A stretch of 64,000 nt of DNA from Tubulanus polymorphus (lineage: Eukaryota; Animalia; Nemertea): positions 11,062,850 through 11,126,849 of the forward strand of contig NC_134029.1 of NCBI RefSeq assembly GCF_964204645.1, written 5' to 3'. Made by a program: the position numbers and the translations under genes. The notes under the pieces were generated by a model. It made no database searches and was not told where the DNA came from. It saw nothing but the letters and a program-made list of their open reading frames with translations. Positions 13,301-25,879 of the stretch are shown here, piece by piece (the stretch's first letter is position 1; every line of letters starts with the position of its first letter).

Positions 13301-14586
13301 TCGCCCGCAACAATTCAATATTTTGGTTTTGTCGCCCGCGACAATTCATTATTTTTGGTTTAATCGCCCGCAACAATTCAATATTTTGGTTTTATCGCCC
13401 GCGATAATTCATTATTTTGGTTTTATCGCCCGCGACAATTCATTATTTTGGTTTTGTCGCCCGAGACAATTCATCATTTTGGTTTTATCGCCCACGACAA
13501 TTCATTATTTTGGTTTTGTCGCCCGCGCCAATTCACCATTTTGGTTTTGTCGCCCGCGACAATTCACCATTTTGGTTTTGTCACCCGCGACAATTCACCA
13601 TTTTGGTTTTGTCGCCTGGACAATTCACCATTTTGGTTTTGTCGCCCGCGACAATTCATTATTTTGGTTTTGTCGTCCCCACAATTCTTTTTTTGGTTTT
13701 GTCGCCCGCGACAATTCAATATTTTGGTTTAATCGCCCACGACAATTCATTACTTTGGTTTTATCTCCAGCGACAATTCATTATTTTGGTTTTGTCGCCC
13801 GCGACAATTCTTCTTTTTGGTTTTGTTGCCCGCGACAATTAATTATTTTGGTTTTCATAATTTTGGTTTTGTCGCCCGTGGTTTTGTCGGAACATTAAGT
13901 TTTTTGGTCGAACAGTGTGTTAAGGTTGTTTTGGAAATTTACTCGGTCTGGTATATTTTGGATTACTGTGTATGTCATTTGTCAGGACATTAAACAGAAG
14001 ACGACTTAGGATACTACCTTGCGTGACTCCACTAGTTAGACCGTCTCATTCCAAGATGAGGCGTTCCGTTGATTTCGGTTACAAGTTTCCGTTCAGAGAT
14101 AACTGCTGAGCCATTTGGGCGACCTATCATTGATACTGTTTCCCAATAGCCTGTTTAGTAATGGCTGATGTTGAGCCTTATCAAATGCTTTGTTGAAATC
14201 CCCCGTTGAACAGGATTCTAAGACTGTGCAGAAAACCCGTTATCGCTGCTTTGCAGCTATATTTTACTTCTCTTATTTGTTTGTGTTTTGTGGTCACCCG
14301 TCAACCAGTCAACCCACGATCCTTGTACATACATTGGCGACAACGTTGCGACGTGTCATCCGTCGACCGTCAACCAGCGGGTGAGATATGCACTCTATCA
14401 TCTCTCCAATGGGTCAACCAACAAACAACATAGTCAACTGTCACTAGTCGTCGGTCAACCTGTACATGAACTGTATCTTTGCCGCGCATTGATACCCAAT
14501 TATCAATGTATTCATGCGCCAATGTATTAATGCGCTGTTACATTAACCGCGCAACTTATTAACTCTACGCCAAGGCACTATACTAT

Positions 14587-14968
14587 TGTAACCGGCTGGT
14601 TGTTGTATCGGCAGGCTGGCTGGGGAACTAGCATTTACACCAGCGGTACAGGATTCTATCCATCAGGAACAACAAGGCAGTTAAACCTTATATGTACAAT
14701 CTTTATTGCATCCCGGAATGAGAATGATTATCATAGCTTTACATAGTCTTTATATACAGAATCATGAGTATAATGTGAGAACTAGGTGTCAGACAAGTTG
14801 TAGACATCAGGACTCACAAACAAACAACTAGTGACATGTTTGAGAGACATTAATTAATTATCGATGAGCACTGACTACAGCTAATTATTGTGAAAACATA
14901 TTGAGTAATGTCATATGTTGATTACGACCTTAAAGCACATATTGACACTATAGTCATAAGTTATATTA

Positions 14969-15035
<67 letters not shown>

Positions 15036-16661
15036 ATGTAGTAGAGCTATGAAATGTTATGAACTGTTCGATATGACATTGTAGATCTATATGATTACGA
15101 AATATGCAAATTATATCAGGGTGACAGATGCCCCCTTGTCCAAATAAATTTGGTCCTCCAAATTTCGGAAAACGCAGATGCCATAAGTTCATTAAAACTC
15201 CTTCCACTGCGAGAACGTGTAAAATTGAGTTTCACCGCGCGAAAAATGTGCAAACGCTGGATAGTAACGTCCGGATTATCAGTCATTCACGAAAGAGTCA
15301 CATGTTGTCGTTATATACGGACGATGCGATGATACGTTAACTGTAATTTTGAATGATCTGCAAAGGATCCCCGAATTCTGGCTGATTCTGCGACGAAGGA
15401 ACAGAAGTAACGACGTGTTGTGTAGTTATAGCGTCCTGAAGTCCAGTTGGTGATTGCAAGTAGTACTGGAATGCATTTCTCCGTTTTGAAGATCTTTCGA
15501 TTACTGACTGGAAATAACTTCGTGACACAATGATAGTAACATGCAACATTTGACATCAGAGCAGAGTTCAGGCAATGACACAACACAAATACAGTTACCC
15601 TCGTCAACCAAAAGGAAAAAATTATCATCATCCAAAATAAGTGGCCAGGTGTAACTGAGATTATATATTTGTCCACATAAAAATTCAACCAATTCATCTT
15701 CATGTTTTAGTCATACTAACAAACAAAAAATATGAACCTATGAAAATGAAAATTGCCGATTAAACCTTTAGTATAGTCGAAATAGTTTGTTGCGAAAAAA
15801 GTATAGATACGCACTGTATTGTAAGTAGATGAATTAATTAACCTTAGACATATCCCCTGAGAAGTGTTCCGTATTCTAATACTTATAGTATGAAATGAAA
15901 CTAAAATTGATTTATACTGATTGGAACTAGATGCGTAGAAAAAAAAAATTGTGAATCATACTATTTAAACCGGCGATAACTTTTTTGATCGTACGGTAGT
16001 ATCTTATATCCAAATTCCTATAATTTTCTATCATGTTCATCTGACCACTAATTCGAGACAAAGAAGCAACTGTATTACCTTCGGCTGACAAAAAGTTACC
16101 GTAATGCATTGTATCCACTGAAACAGCAGCAATGTTCACGATCAGTACGGCCATCTCGTCACAGGTGTAGTTGAATACGATCTTCTCGTGAGGTCAACGT
16201 TCCAGTCACAACCAATAGTTAACAGCTTAATCTGTACTTGTGTAAGTCACGAGGACTTAAATTCGGGTTCTCCACCATCTGTAACCGGCTGGTTGTTGTA
16301 TCGGCAGGCTGGCTGGGGAACTAGCATTTACACCAGCGGTACAGGATTCTATCCATCAGGAACAACAAGGCAGTTAAACCTTATATGTACAATCTTTATT
16401 GCATCCCGGAATGAGAATGATTATCATAGCTTTGCATAGTATTTATATACAGAATCATGAGTATTATGTGAGAACTAGGTGTCAGACAAGTTGTAGACAT
16501 CAGGACTCGCAAACAAACAACTAGTGACATGTTTGAGAGACATTAATTAATTATCGATGAGCACTGACTACAGCTAATTATTGTGAAAACATATTGAGTA
16601 ATGTAATATGTTGATTACGACCTTAAAGCACATATTGACACTATAGTCATAAGTTATATTA

Positions 16662-16705
<44 letters not shown>

Positions 16706-16806
16706 CATTATTAATATGTAGTAGAGCTATGAAATGTTATGAACTGTTCGATATGACATTGTAGATCTATATGATTACGAAATATGCAAATTATATCAGG
16801 GTGACA
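14587..16806 (-). mobile_element. Non-autonomous LTR retrotransposon (TRIM/LARD-like)
   Basis: Direct repeats 14587-15126 and 16280-16806 with TG...CA ends and 4-bp TSD CTAT. PBS TGGTGGAGAA on the minus strand next to 16280 and a purine tract on the minus strand at about 15127-15141. No gag/pol recognised. Confidence 0.88.
14968..15033. repeat. (TTA)n microsatellite inside the LTR (shorter copy at about 16662-16713)
   Basis: Read directly from the sequence. Confidence 0.95.
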
Positions 16807-18614
16807 CTATGCTATATCCGACTTGGGCCGTGCTTGTAACTGCTGTGATGGTGGGAGCTAGGCTATTGACTAAAAAGCTCCTTTTAAAAGTTTTTCGGAT
16901 ACAGAAAAATCAATTTGATTTGAGTTCTCCAGATGGATACCCCAGTAAGGTCTTATAGTAAAATTTATTCGTTCACCATGAAATACCTGTTGAAATGTTA
17001 ACTGCATCGATCGTTCTGTTGAACTTTAGTTGACTTGTTATAGAATCTAGGCCTATGTGACATGGTGTCTGAGTAGGTTTTTAGGTAGTATACACGTGTA
17101 AGTTTGTATAATGTCTCATTCCTAAGCTAGTTTTCACACGAAACAGAACGTTAAGCCTTTTCTTGTCGTTATTTTCTTATCCAATGGTGATACGTCATCT
17201 TTGCAACAATACCGGGGTATCGTACACGCATTAAGCCGGGCGTAGGTCGGTCTTGACTCGACGATCGTCACGTTGCATCATTAATGGAGGAGATAGGAAT
17301 CCCGAAAAGAAATTTTAGGATCCCTTCAAAAGATTATTCAAAAACGTGCGTCGCTGGCAGTAGCGCGTAGCGTATGAGTGGGTCGTTACTGGCGGTCGCA
17401 GTGTGAATCGCGTCGCAATGAGTCGCAAGAGCTGTCGCAAGGACCCCGAACATTCGAAGACAGTCGTAACTACGCACGCAAGAGTCGGATAATTAACGCT
17501 AGCAACTGCATTTCTGAAACCCCTCTAACAGTTATTATCAAAATTGATATCGTAGTAAAATCACACTTGAAACGATCCTCAACAGTGTGATGAAAGAAAC
17601 GAAGAACGACTGAATTCGGTGAACGATATACCGTATAGTAACTGATTATTATTCAGGAAACACACGCTAACCACGTGAGCCTGCTGCTGTTAGTAGATAG
17701 GACCTACGAGCAATTATCTGAACAGATAATTGCTCGTAGATAGGACGGGGCATGCGTGTTTAGTAAATACAACATTGTCTCATGTGAGTGGTTTACCACA
17801 GCATCCCCCTCTCCCTCTCCCCCACTCTCCCTCTCGAATTTAGTCGAATTAACGCTCATAAATATATGGTGGCTGATAAGTATGGTGGCTGATAAGGGCC
17901 AAATGCATTAATTTTATACACGACCTCGATTATAGAAAAACGCAAAACGAAACCTATAGAGCAAAAACGAAAATTCGTTTTTGCTACCGCGCAAAAACGA
18001 ACTTTTCGTTTTTCCTAGGAACGAAACATTATAGCGCAAAAACGAAAATATTCGTTTTTGCTCTATGATTTTTCGTTTTTGCTACCCCGCAAAAAACGGG
18101 ATATTATAGCGCAAAAACGAAAATATTCGTTTTTGCTCCATAAAATTCGTTTTTGCGCCCTAGCAAAAACGAACTTTCGTTTTTGCTACCCCGCAAAAAC
18201 GAAATATTATAGCGCAAAAACGAAAATATTCGTTTTTGCTCTATGACATTTCGTTTTTGCTCCATAAAATTCGTTTTTGCGCCCTAGCAAAAACGAACTT
18301 TCGTTTTTGCTACCCCGCAAAACGAAATATTATAGCGCAAAAACGAAAATATTCGTTTTTGCTCTATGATTTTTCGTTTTTGCGCCATAAAATTCGTTTT
18401 TGCGCCAGTTTGCCCCGTATTCATGCCACGCCGTAGCGTAGCGGATGAATGAAAAAAGAAACAAAACAAGTCATTCATCAAATTGATTTTTATATGTAGT
18501 AGGTAACTATAGGTAACAATACTAGATACTATACTACGTGGGAGACAAAGACAAGCCAAGCAAGCGCTAATTTGCAGTACCTATTATTTGTACCTAGCCT
18601 ACGAACGTACTAAG

Positions 18615-18985
18615 ATGGACGACAAGGTGAGTCACATTATATTAGGCCTATCGATGCAAACAATGGCCCATGAACTTAATGTATTCTGCGGGTCCGTTGC
18701 TTGGGGTCGCAGCCACATTGCAACTGTTTGGACTGCCGTTGAGTTCCGCTCGCGAAATAAACAATTTAATTCACCCGTCACCCCCCCCCCCCCACCCAAC
18801 ATAATGTCTAAATTATCTACCTTACTGTGCCTTTCGTAATTATGGTTTTAGTAATCTATGAACTAATCAACTGAAAATTGAAGCCTATGAACTAGCGCTT
18901 AACTATTGGTATTCTCTTTTAGCTGGAGAAAATTCTGGTGGACCTTGAACTTGGTGAATGTATAGCAGCATTCAAAGAGCAAAAG
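18615..18985 (+). pseudogene. Two exons (18615-18626, 18923-18985) encoding the start of a SAM-like domain: MDDK|LEKILVDLELGECIAAFKEQK
   Basis: ATG GAC GAC AAG|GTGAGT donor, TTCTCTTTTAG acceptor, AAG|GTTAGT donor. The peptide matches the SAM N-terminal pattern LxxLxLxxxxxxFxxxx. Confidence 0.5.
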
Positions 18986-19327
18986 GTTAGTGATAAGCTG
19001 GCAAAATTCTCCTTAAATTGCTGATCGCTGGAATGACCTAACTAGGCCTCGATCTGGACCTTGGTGACTCTGGCCCCACCTACAAACCCAATCCTAGCAA
19101 GGATTAATGTGATTGCAGGGGCCAGGTTTTAAGAGGGCTCTGACAAGATTGATGCCAGAATGCCGAGAAAACAAACTTTGAGTAGTATCACATTAAACTC
19201 TAGTGTCACATTAAGGGTTTCTATGAAACATGGGTAGGCGGATTGGGGCCCCACATGGGGCCCCATCATATATATTAAACCGGGGTGGTTTGATATCAGA
19301 TATTGACGCCGATAAACGTGGACCTAT

Positions 19328-19729
19328 TTTTATCAATTGATTTAGAAGAGCTGTCTAAAAAGTTGTTTGAATTCCGACATATTAGTAAGTAAAGTTTTGA
19401 AGTGGGTCGCCGGATCATGCGTGTACCAGTCAAACGGAAACCCTCACTTGCCTATATATGATTCGTACAAAGGATGTGGTCTAATATTTAGCTTCGGGGA
19501 GGAATTGGCTGTACTAGTAAAAAATGGAGCAAGTTCATCTTAAGCGAGTATGATTAGTATCTGTTTAGTTTGATGTAAATGTTTGGTGATAATGAACAGC
19601 TGATTCAGTGTTTTCGGTTTTCCGTAAGACTGGTGCCTGGTGATCCGCGGCCCACTTCAAAACTTCAGTTACCGATATTTCGGAATTTAGAACGATTTTT
19701 AGGCCGCCTCTTCGAAATCAATTGATAAA
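19328..19729. mobile_element. Degenerate MITE with ~90-bp imperfect inverted repeats
   Basis: TTTATCAATTGATTT...TTTTGAAGTGGGTCGCCGGATCA is mirrored by TGATCCGCGGCCCACTTCAAAAC...AAATCAATTGATAAA. Confidence 0.55.
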
Positions 19730-20834
19730 CAAGAAAATTAATTTTAGAAAATTATTTGACGCCTGGGAAAAAATGTAGAATTTCTGGGCTAAGCTAATGT
19801 GGAATTGCAAATTTGAAATCGAAGTTTTAAGAAATTTGGGGAATGATGTGATTTGGCGATTGGGTAGATGATACAGGTCTTCGACTCTAGGAGTGGTTTA
19901 AATTTTTGTATTGAAAATTCTCAATAATTGATCGCGAACTTGCGACCGACTTCATTTACTTATGCCTCTAAGCTGGTCTGCAACTTCATTGCCTCCATGG
20001 ATGAAGAAAGAGCTCTTCTGATGTCTGCTTCATCATGACTTCGAGCATATCGTGTGGCCTAGCCAGCCGGCCCGGTCCCCGGGCCCGGGCCACGGGTTTG
20101 GCTGTCACTCGATATCCTAGTAGAGTCTTGAGTCTGGGTGGGTTAAAGTAGACATTGTCATTTAAAATAACATGCTTATGTTGTTCTGTATGAATTACCC
20201 GTGTGTCATGTATGTTGTATTAATTTATCTTAAAATTTGTATTTATTGAATTTGGGAATTTTATCCCGGAATTTCAATGTAATAAGGATCAATAAAGAAT
20301 TGAATTGAATTGTCACCTAATACACATGCCATCAGAGGACACGGAGCCGTATATGACAGCTATGCTATTATAAATTGCTAATCTCACGAAACTTGCATAC
20401 TCCTAATATCAAACATATTTTCACAAACGATTGAATATTGAAATTATATGTTTACACATTTTCATATTGACCGCTTGTAGCCGCTGATGAAATTCACGCC
20501 GGCCCTACACACATCCTAGATAGCTTCGTCATTCCACCGGCATGCCCACGTCAGGGTCTGACTTTTATATCAGACTTCCGCATCGTGTATACATCCGCCA
20601 TTTAACCGAATAATCCGATTTACTTATCATTTCTATTTATGCCTGCCGCTTCTGATATAATCATACATCCTTTACTATTACAATACGTCTTCTAATGATA
20701 TTCAATGCAATATAACATTTCGACGTTCAAATATAGGTCATTATATAATAAGAGGAAGCCATTCTACATCTATGTCAATAATATTTTGCCAGATAGTTTG
20801 TTTGTGTACACATAAACCTGTGACGTTTTGCACA
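19729..20834 (-). mobile_element. Helentron-like non-autonomous element, homologous to the insertion at 40236-41413
   Basis: Near-identical to 40234-41326 over about 1.1 kb; begins AACAAGAAAATTAATTTT...TTGACGCC. Confidence 0.7.
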
Positions 20835-21020
20835 ATTGGTGAAATGGGCGAGAACACTACCACTGAAAGGTACATGTAGATAGTCAACCAAACGATTAGT
20901 ACTTTACGAAGAACCAGCTTTGAAATTTACATAGGCCAAGTTTTACATTGTTTCTATAATCTATTGATCAACTTCGTTTTGCAGGGACGGTGCTACTTTT
21001 GTTACACTACGTGACATGTA

Positions 21021-21134
21021 TGTACATACATACATACATGCACGCACGCACGCACGCACACACGCACAGACACACACGCACGCACACACACACAGACAGA
21101 CACGCACGCACACACACACACACACACACACACA
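21021..21134. repeat. Compound microsatellite (TACA)n(CACG)n(CA)n
   Basis: Read directly from the sequence. Confidence 0.95.
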
Positions 21135-21333
21135 TAATCTAACGCCTCCTTGTAATCATTGGCATTTTAAACTATGTTAAAAACCTACCCAAAGTTCATT
21201 AGGACCAAAGAATTGTCACATTAATATGAAACACCCCACCCAATAACCGTTGTGCTCCAAAATACCTCCAAACGATTTATATCGATATCTAGATATACCG
21301 TATATGTACGATACGATCGACTTTATTTTTCAG

Positions 21334-21581
21334 GAGAAGGCTTTACGGATTTGATTAGATTCATCACCGGTCTTGAAGAAATACCAATTTTGGGATTCAA
21401 CCCAAGTCTGACGTTACAGTTGCGACATCCTGATGATGTTGAGGGCTGTACAAGAGAGTTTCTGATCGCTAATACTTGTGCTAACATCCTGTCAATTCCT
21501 GTGCATAACACCTATGAGGATTTCAAAATGTTCATGGAATATGCTGTCAAAGGTGCAAGTCACACCTTTACAGATTCATAA
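21334..21581 (+). CDS. Terminal exon encoding a HECT E3 ligase C-lobe (G2E3-like), probably transposon cargo
   Basis: Acceptor TTATTTTTCAG at 21333. Peptide LIRFITGLEEIPILGF...ANTCANILSIPVHNTYEDF has the HECT F-x-T-G and catalytic-Cys motifs. AATAAA at about 21660. Confidence 0.75.
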
Positions 21582-21659
21582 GGTGTTCCTAAGTTACGGG
21601 ACTATCTTGTGATGTTGATACTGGCATTTGCTACATAGACTAATTTAATGCCAAACTTT

Positions 21660-22150
21660 AATAAACCATTTTACAGTTGCTAGCCGCCATTTTGTTAGGG
21701 TACTTTTGTCCCGTATTGTTGGGTCATTTTTTTCTCTTTTTTAAAAACTATCCGTGATGTGTGTTGTATCATATTTCATCTGTCCATGGATGGATTTTGA
21801 CAGTTTCAGCAACATTCAAACCGCATAAATCTCTAGTTTTCAGTTATGTAAATATCATTTTTTAAATTTGCAACAATGCGACGTGAGAGCGATATAAAAA
21901 TTGGCGGTCAGTTTTTGCCGTGCGCATAGAAATCATGGGTACTAAACTTTGAAGTTCGTTATTTTCAGAAATAATTTTCTAAAAAATCCAAGCATTTCAA
22001 GAACTGTGCGCATAAATGCCCTCTTTCATGTGAACTTTGAAATTTTAAGATAACTTGCCTAGTTTTTTTCCTATGGCTCTTTAACTGCAGCGCGTGTATT
22101 GTCATTCCGAGATTCGGCGCTGTTTTCTTTGCGTGTATTTCAGTATATGG
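21660..22150. repeat. Interspersed repeat (partial copies at 24228-24428, 24765-24925 inverted, 26508-26620 inverted)
   Basis: TAAACCATTTTACAGTTGCTAGCCGCC and TTTGCGTGTATTTCAGTATA recur at these positions. Confidence 0.7.
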
Positions 22151-23273
22151 GTGTTATTTTTTTCATTTTTACTACACTTGTCTCTACGGAAAATGGTTTT
22201 AATTGTTGGTACGAGTATCAGGTTTAAATATTACGGCATTAATACTGTATTCCGTTCTCCGGCGCTAGTTCGTAATGGCTGTATTGGTAGTCGCTTTTAC
22301 AGCAGGCAGAGGCTTACGTAGAGACAAATGTAGTGAAAATGAAGAAATAATAGAATTCCTTGTTGCTTGTGAAACTAGATTCGAGGGTCTTCTCTGTCCG
22401 ATTCAGGCTGAATTGTACCTTATTTCCCTATTTTCCCTACCCAGAACATAATCATACCGTAAACTCTGCCTAAGTCGGATCCGGCCGAGTCGTATAACCG
22501 CTCAACTCTGTGCAATATAGAAAACATTTTCAGTTTCCTATATAAAGATAAAGTAGTGAATTCTGACAATTTATGACCGAACCAATGATGCTCGTAGTGC
22601 CGGCGCTGACGGTTCCAAACAGTAAATGAATTCTGCGGATGGGTTCGAATCCCGGATAAATGACGCTGACAGCAGAACGACTGCTGGCATGTGAGGTCGC
22701 ACCCGGCATGTCAATGCTGATGAGGGGATTCCCCGGCTACAGATTTAGATAGGGCCAATCGATCGTACATCAGACAGATGATACAAGCCGCAAACAACCA
22801 AAAATGTAGTACATATTTTATCATTTGTTTACGTTTTTTCTGCATACAACAGTTTTTATAGTGAATAAACCTTATAATAGCAACCATAGTCCTTAATAAA
22901 TGAGTTCCAAAATATTTAAGAAAATTGGTCTTCCATGTCGGACGAAATTATCGGGTGAGTTTAGGCGGAGTTTACTGTATAATCATATGATCAATTATGC
23001 ATGGTTGAAGTTTCGCGATTGAGATTCATGATGTTGAGATTCATGATGAAGTCGACTTGCAAAATTCTAACTCGATACTAATAACTAGGCACAAAAACGA
23101 CTTTTATGGCGCAAAAACGAAAAATCATAGAGCAAAAACGAATTTTTTCGTTTTTTTTCGCTATAATATTTCGTTTTTGCGGGGTAGCAAAAACGAAAGT
23201 TCGTTTTTGCTAGGGCGCAAAAACGAATTTCATGGCGCAAAAACGAAAAATCATAGAGCAAAAACGAATTTTT

Positions 23274-24474
23274 TTTGGTTATTCCTTGCAACTTCTCATT
23301 TCCACGTTTCATACAAGAAGTAGTTGAATGAAAGTACAGTTAGGCTGAACCTGACAACCCATAATGAGTGCTAGCATCGAGATTTGATTATTTCGATTTT
23401 ATTTTCGGTGTCATTGAAATTCGTAAATAAAGGTTCAATTGTCATTGTACTTAGCATAGCTTAGATTGGGTTTCATATTTCTACATTTTCTACAAGGAGG
23501 CCTTAAGGGTCGTCCCCGGGTAGAGGTCAAAACTTGGTTTATATTCTCAAGTTGCTGGAGACTACCATCTGCATTCATACCTCGATTTGTCTGGCCTATG
23601 AGAGTCGAACAACATTTTCCCATACACAGGCTTGGCTTTAGTGTAGATGAAGGTTAGGCACTGCACATTGTGGATTAACTGCAACTCTAAACTCTCAAAA
23701 TGAAACGAGTCAACAAGAAAGATCCAATAATTGAACGTTTATCTAACTATATTAATTAACAGCTTAAGAGATATACATTATACATTATAGACAAAAGAAA
23801 TCAGTTCTACATTTTATCCGAATCAAGCGTTAAAGCCACAGATTCGCTTAGCTTTGGCTTGAATTCTGGTTCCATTGCTTCGTATTCTATTGAAATCCCC
23901 TTTGTTACCTCGGAATATCGCTTAGCTTTTAAAGACTACAAATTTGGTCCCAGGAAAACCAAGTAAAGCGGGGTACTACTGTACATCAGCTGTTGACTTA
24001 TTTTTCTCTGGTTGAATCAAGTTATTACTGAATGAAATATAATCACTGCTGCTACAAGAAGTCTTTTCTCGGTATCTGTATGTCCATCTTAGCAAATCAA
24101 CTTGGTTCATGATTCCTCCTTTTATAGATAGTCTAAAAATAAGAATTGTTACATTTTTCTAACAGATGCTATGTCATTTCTTTAAAAAACCTGATGATAT
24201 TCTCACCACAGCAAATAAATTATTCGCAATAAACCATTTTACAGTTGCTAGCCGCCATTTTGTTAGGGTACTTTTGTCCCGTATTGTTGGGTCATTTTTT
24301 CTCTTTTTTAAAAACTATCCATGATGTGTGTTGTATCATATTTCATCTGCCCATGGATGGATTTTGACAGTTTCAGCAACATTCAAACCGCTTAAATCTC
24401 TAGTTTTCAGTTATGTAAAAATCATTTTTGATGGGTTTCGTCGTCAGACGAACCCATCTATGGCATCGTCGTCA

Positions 24475-24518
<44 letters not shown>

Positions 24519-25879
24519 GATGTTTCTTTATGACACGATTTAAGCTGTTTGTGTGGACCGACAATTCTGTAATTTCACACAGGTATTCTCTACTTGATGT
24601 AAATGGTGCAGCTTGGTTTATATTTGATTCCGATGGTTATAAGTGCTCTAATTTGGTTAAAAGATAATTAACGTTACTCGCTAGTTCAAGCCGCTGTATA
24701 GCGCGTTGCTACGACGACGCTCGATCAACATACTGGTACTCGCTGTGTAATACCAGGGAAGTGTGTTTGAATGTTGCTGAAACTGTCAAAATCCATCCAT
24801 GGGCAGATGAAATATGATACAACACACATCATGGATAGTTTTTAAAAAAGAGAAAAAATGACCCAACAATACGGGACAAAAGTACCCTAACAAAATGGCG
24901 GCTAGCAACTGTAAAATGGTTTATTGCGAATAATTTATTTGCTGTGGTGAGAATATCATCAGGTTTTTTAAAGAAATGACATAGCATCTGTTAGAAAAAT
25001 GTAACAATTCTTATTTTTAGACTATCTATAAAAGGAGGAATCATGAACCAAGTTGATTTGCTAAGATGGACATACAGATACCGAGAAAAGACTTCTTGTA
25101 GCAGCAGTGATTATATTTCATTCAGTAATAACTTGATTCAACCAGAGAAAAATAAGTCAACAGCTGATGTACAGTAGTACCCCGCTTTACTTGGTTTTCC
25201 TGGGACCAAATTTGTAGTCTTTAAAAGCTAAGCGATATTCCGAGGTAACAAAGGGGATTTCAATAGAATACGAAGCAATGGAACCAGAATTCAAGCCAAA
25301 GCTAAGCGAATCTGTGGCTTTAACGCTTGATTCGGATAAAATGTAGAACTGATTTCTTTTGTCTATAATGTATAATGTATATCTCTTAAGCTGTTAATTA
25401 ATATAGTTAGATAAACGTTCAATTATTGGATCTTTCTTGTTGACTCGTTTCATTTTGAGAGTTTAGAGTTGCAGTTAATCCACAATGTGCAGTGCCTAAC
25501 CTTCATCTACACTAAAGCCAAGCCTGTGTATGGGAAAATGTTGTTCGACTCTCATAGGCCAGACAAATCGAGGTATGAATGCAGATGGTAGTCTCCAGCA
25601 ACTTGAGAATATAAACCAAGTTTTGACCTCTACCCGGGGACGACCCTTAAGGCCTCCTTGTAGAAAATGTAGAAATATGAAACCCAATCTAAGCTATGCT
25701 AAGTACAATGACAATTGAACCTTTATTTACGAATTTCAATGACACCGAAAATAAAATCGAAATAATCAAATCTCGATGCTAGCACTCATTATGGGTTGTC
25801 AGGTTCAGCCTAACTGTACTTTCATTCAACTACTTCTTGTATGAAACGTGGAAATGAGAAGTTGCAAGGAATAACCAAA
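23274..25879. repeat. Long inverted duplication: 1115-bp arms (23274-24388 / 24765-25879) with a 376-bp spacer
   Basis: Arms are reverse complements. Identical ORFs appear on opposite strands (23435..23623- = 25530..25718+). The spacer holds a (GTCT)n HINE-like head. Confidence 0.95.

Larger units (their letters stand above)
1..13880. repeat. 31-bp tandem satellite (consensus TTTTGGTTTTGTCGCCCGCGACAATTCATTA) in arrays at about 1-1083, 2343-2600, 3925-9475, 10585-10910 and 12340-13880
   Basis: Hundreds of about 31-bp monomers with an internal palindrome TTGTCGC-CC-GCGACAA. The overlapping LVLSPATIHYFGF ORFs in all three + frames are translations of the repeat. Confidence 0.98.
2945..14263 (+). 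mobile_element. Head-to-tail macro-units (2945-11294, 11295-14263; another ends at 2944): ~1 kb unique head, satellite core, ~330-bp tail with a Helentron-like 3' end
   Basis: The tail ending GCAGAAAACCCGTTATCGCTGCTTTGCAGCTATATT recurs at about 2909, 11259 and 14227. Heads 2945-3920 and 11295-12335 are homologous. Related dispersed ends occur at about 49606 (+) and 52461 (-). Confidence 0.6.

Noticed and set aside
1-13880. CRISPR-like appearance of palindromic ~31-bp repeats
   Set aside because: Monomers are contiguous with no unique spacers, there are no cas genes, and the context is eukaryotic.
1-13898. Dozens of long overlapping + strand ORFs (LVLSPATIHYFGF...)
   Set aside because: They are translations of a stop-poor 31-bp satellite in all three frames, with no evidence of coding.
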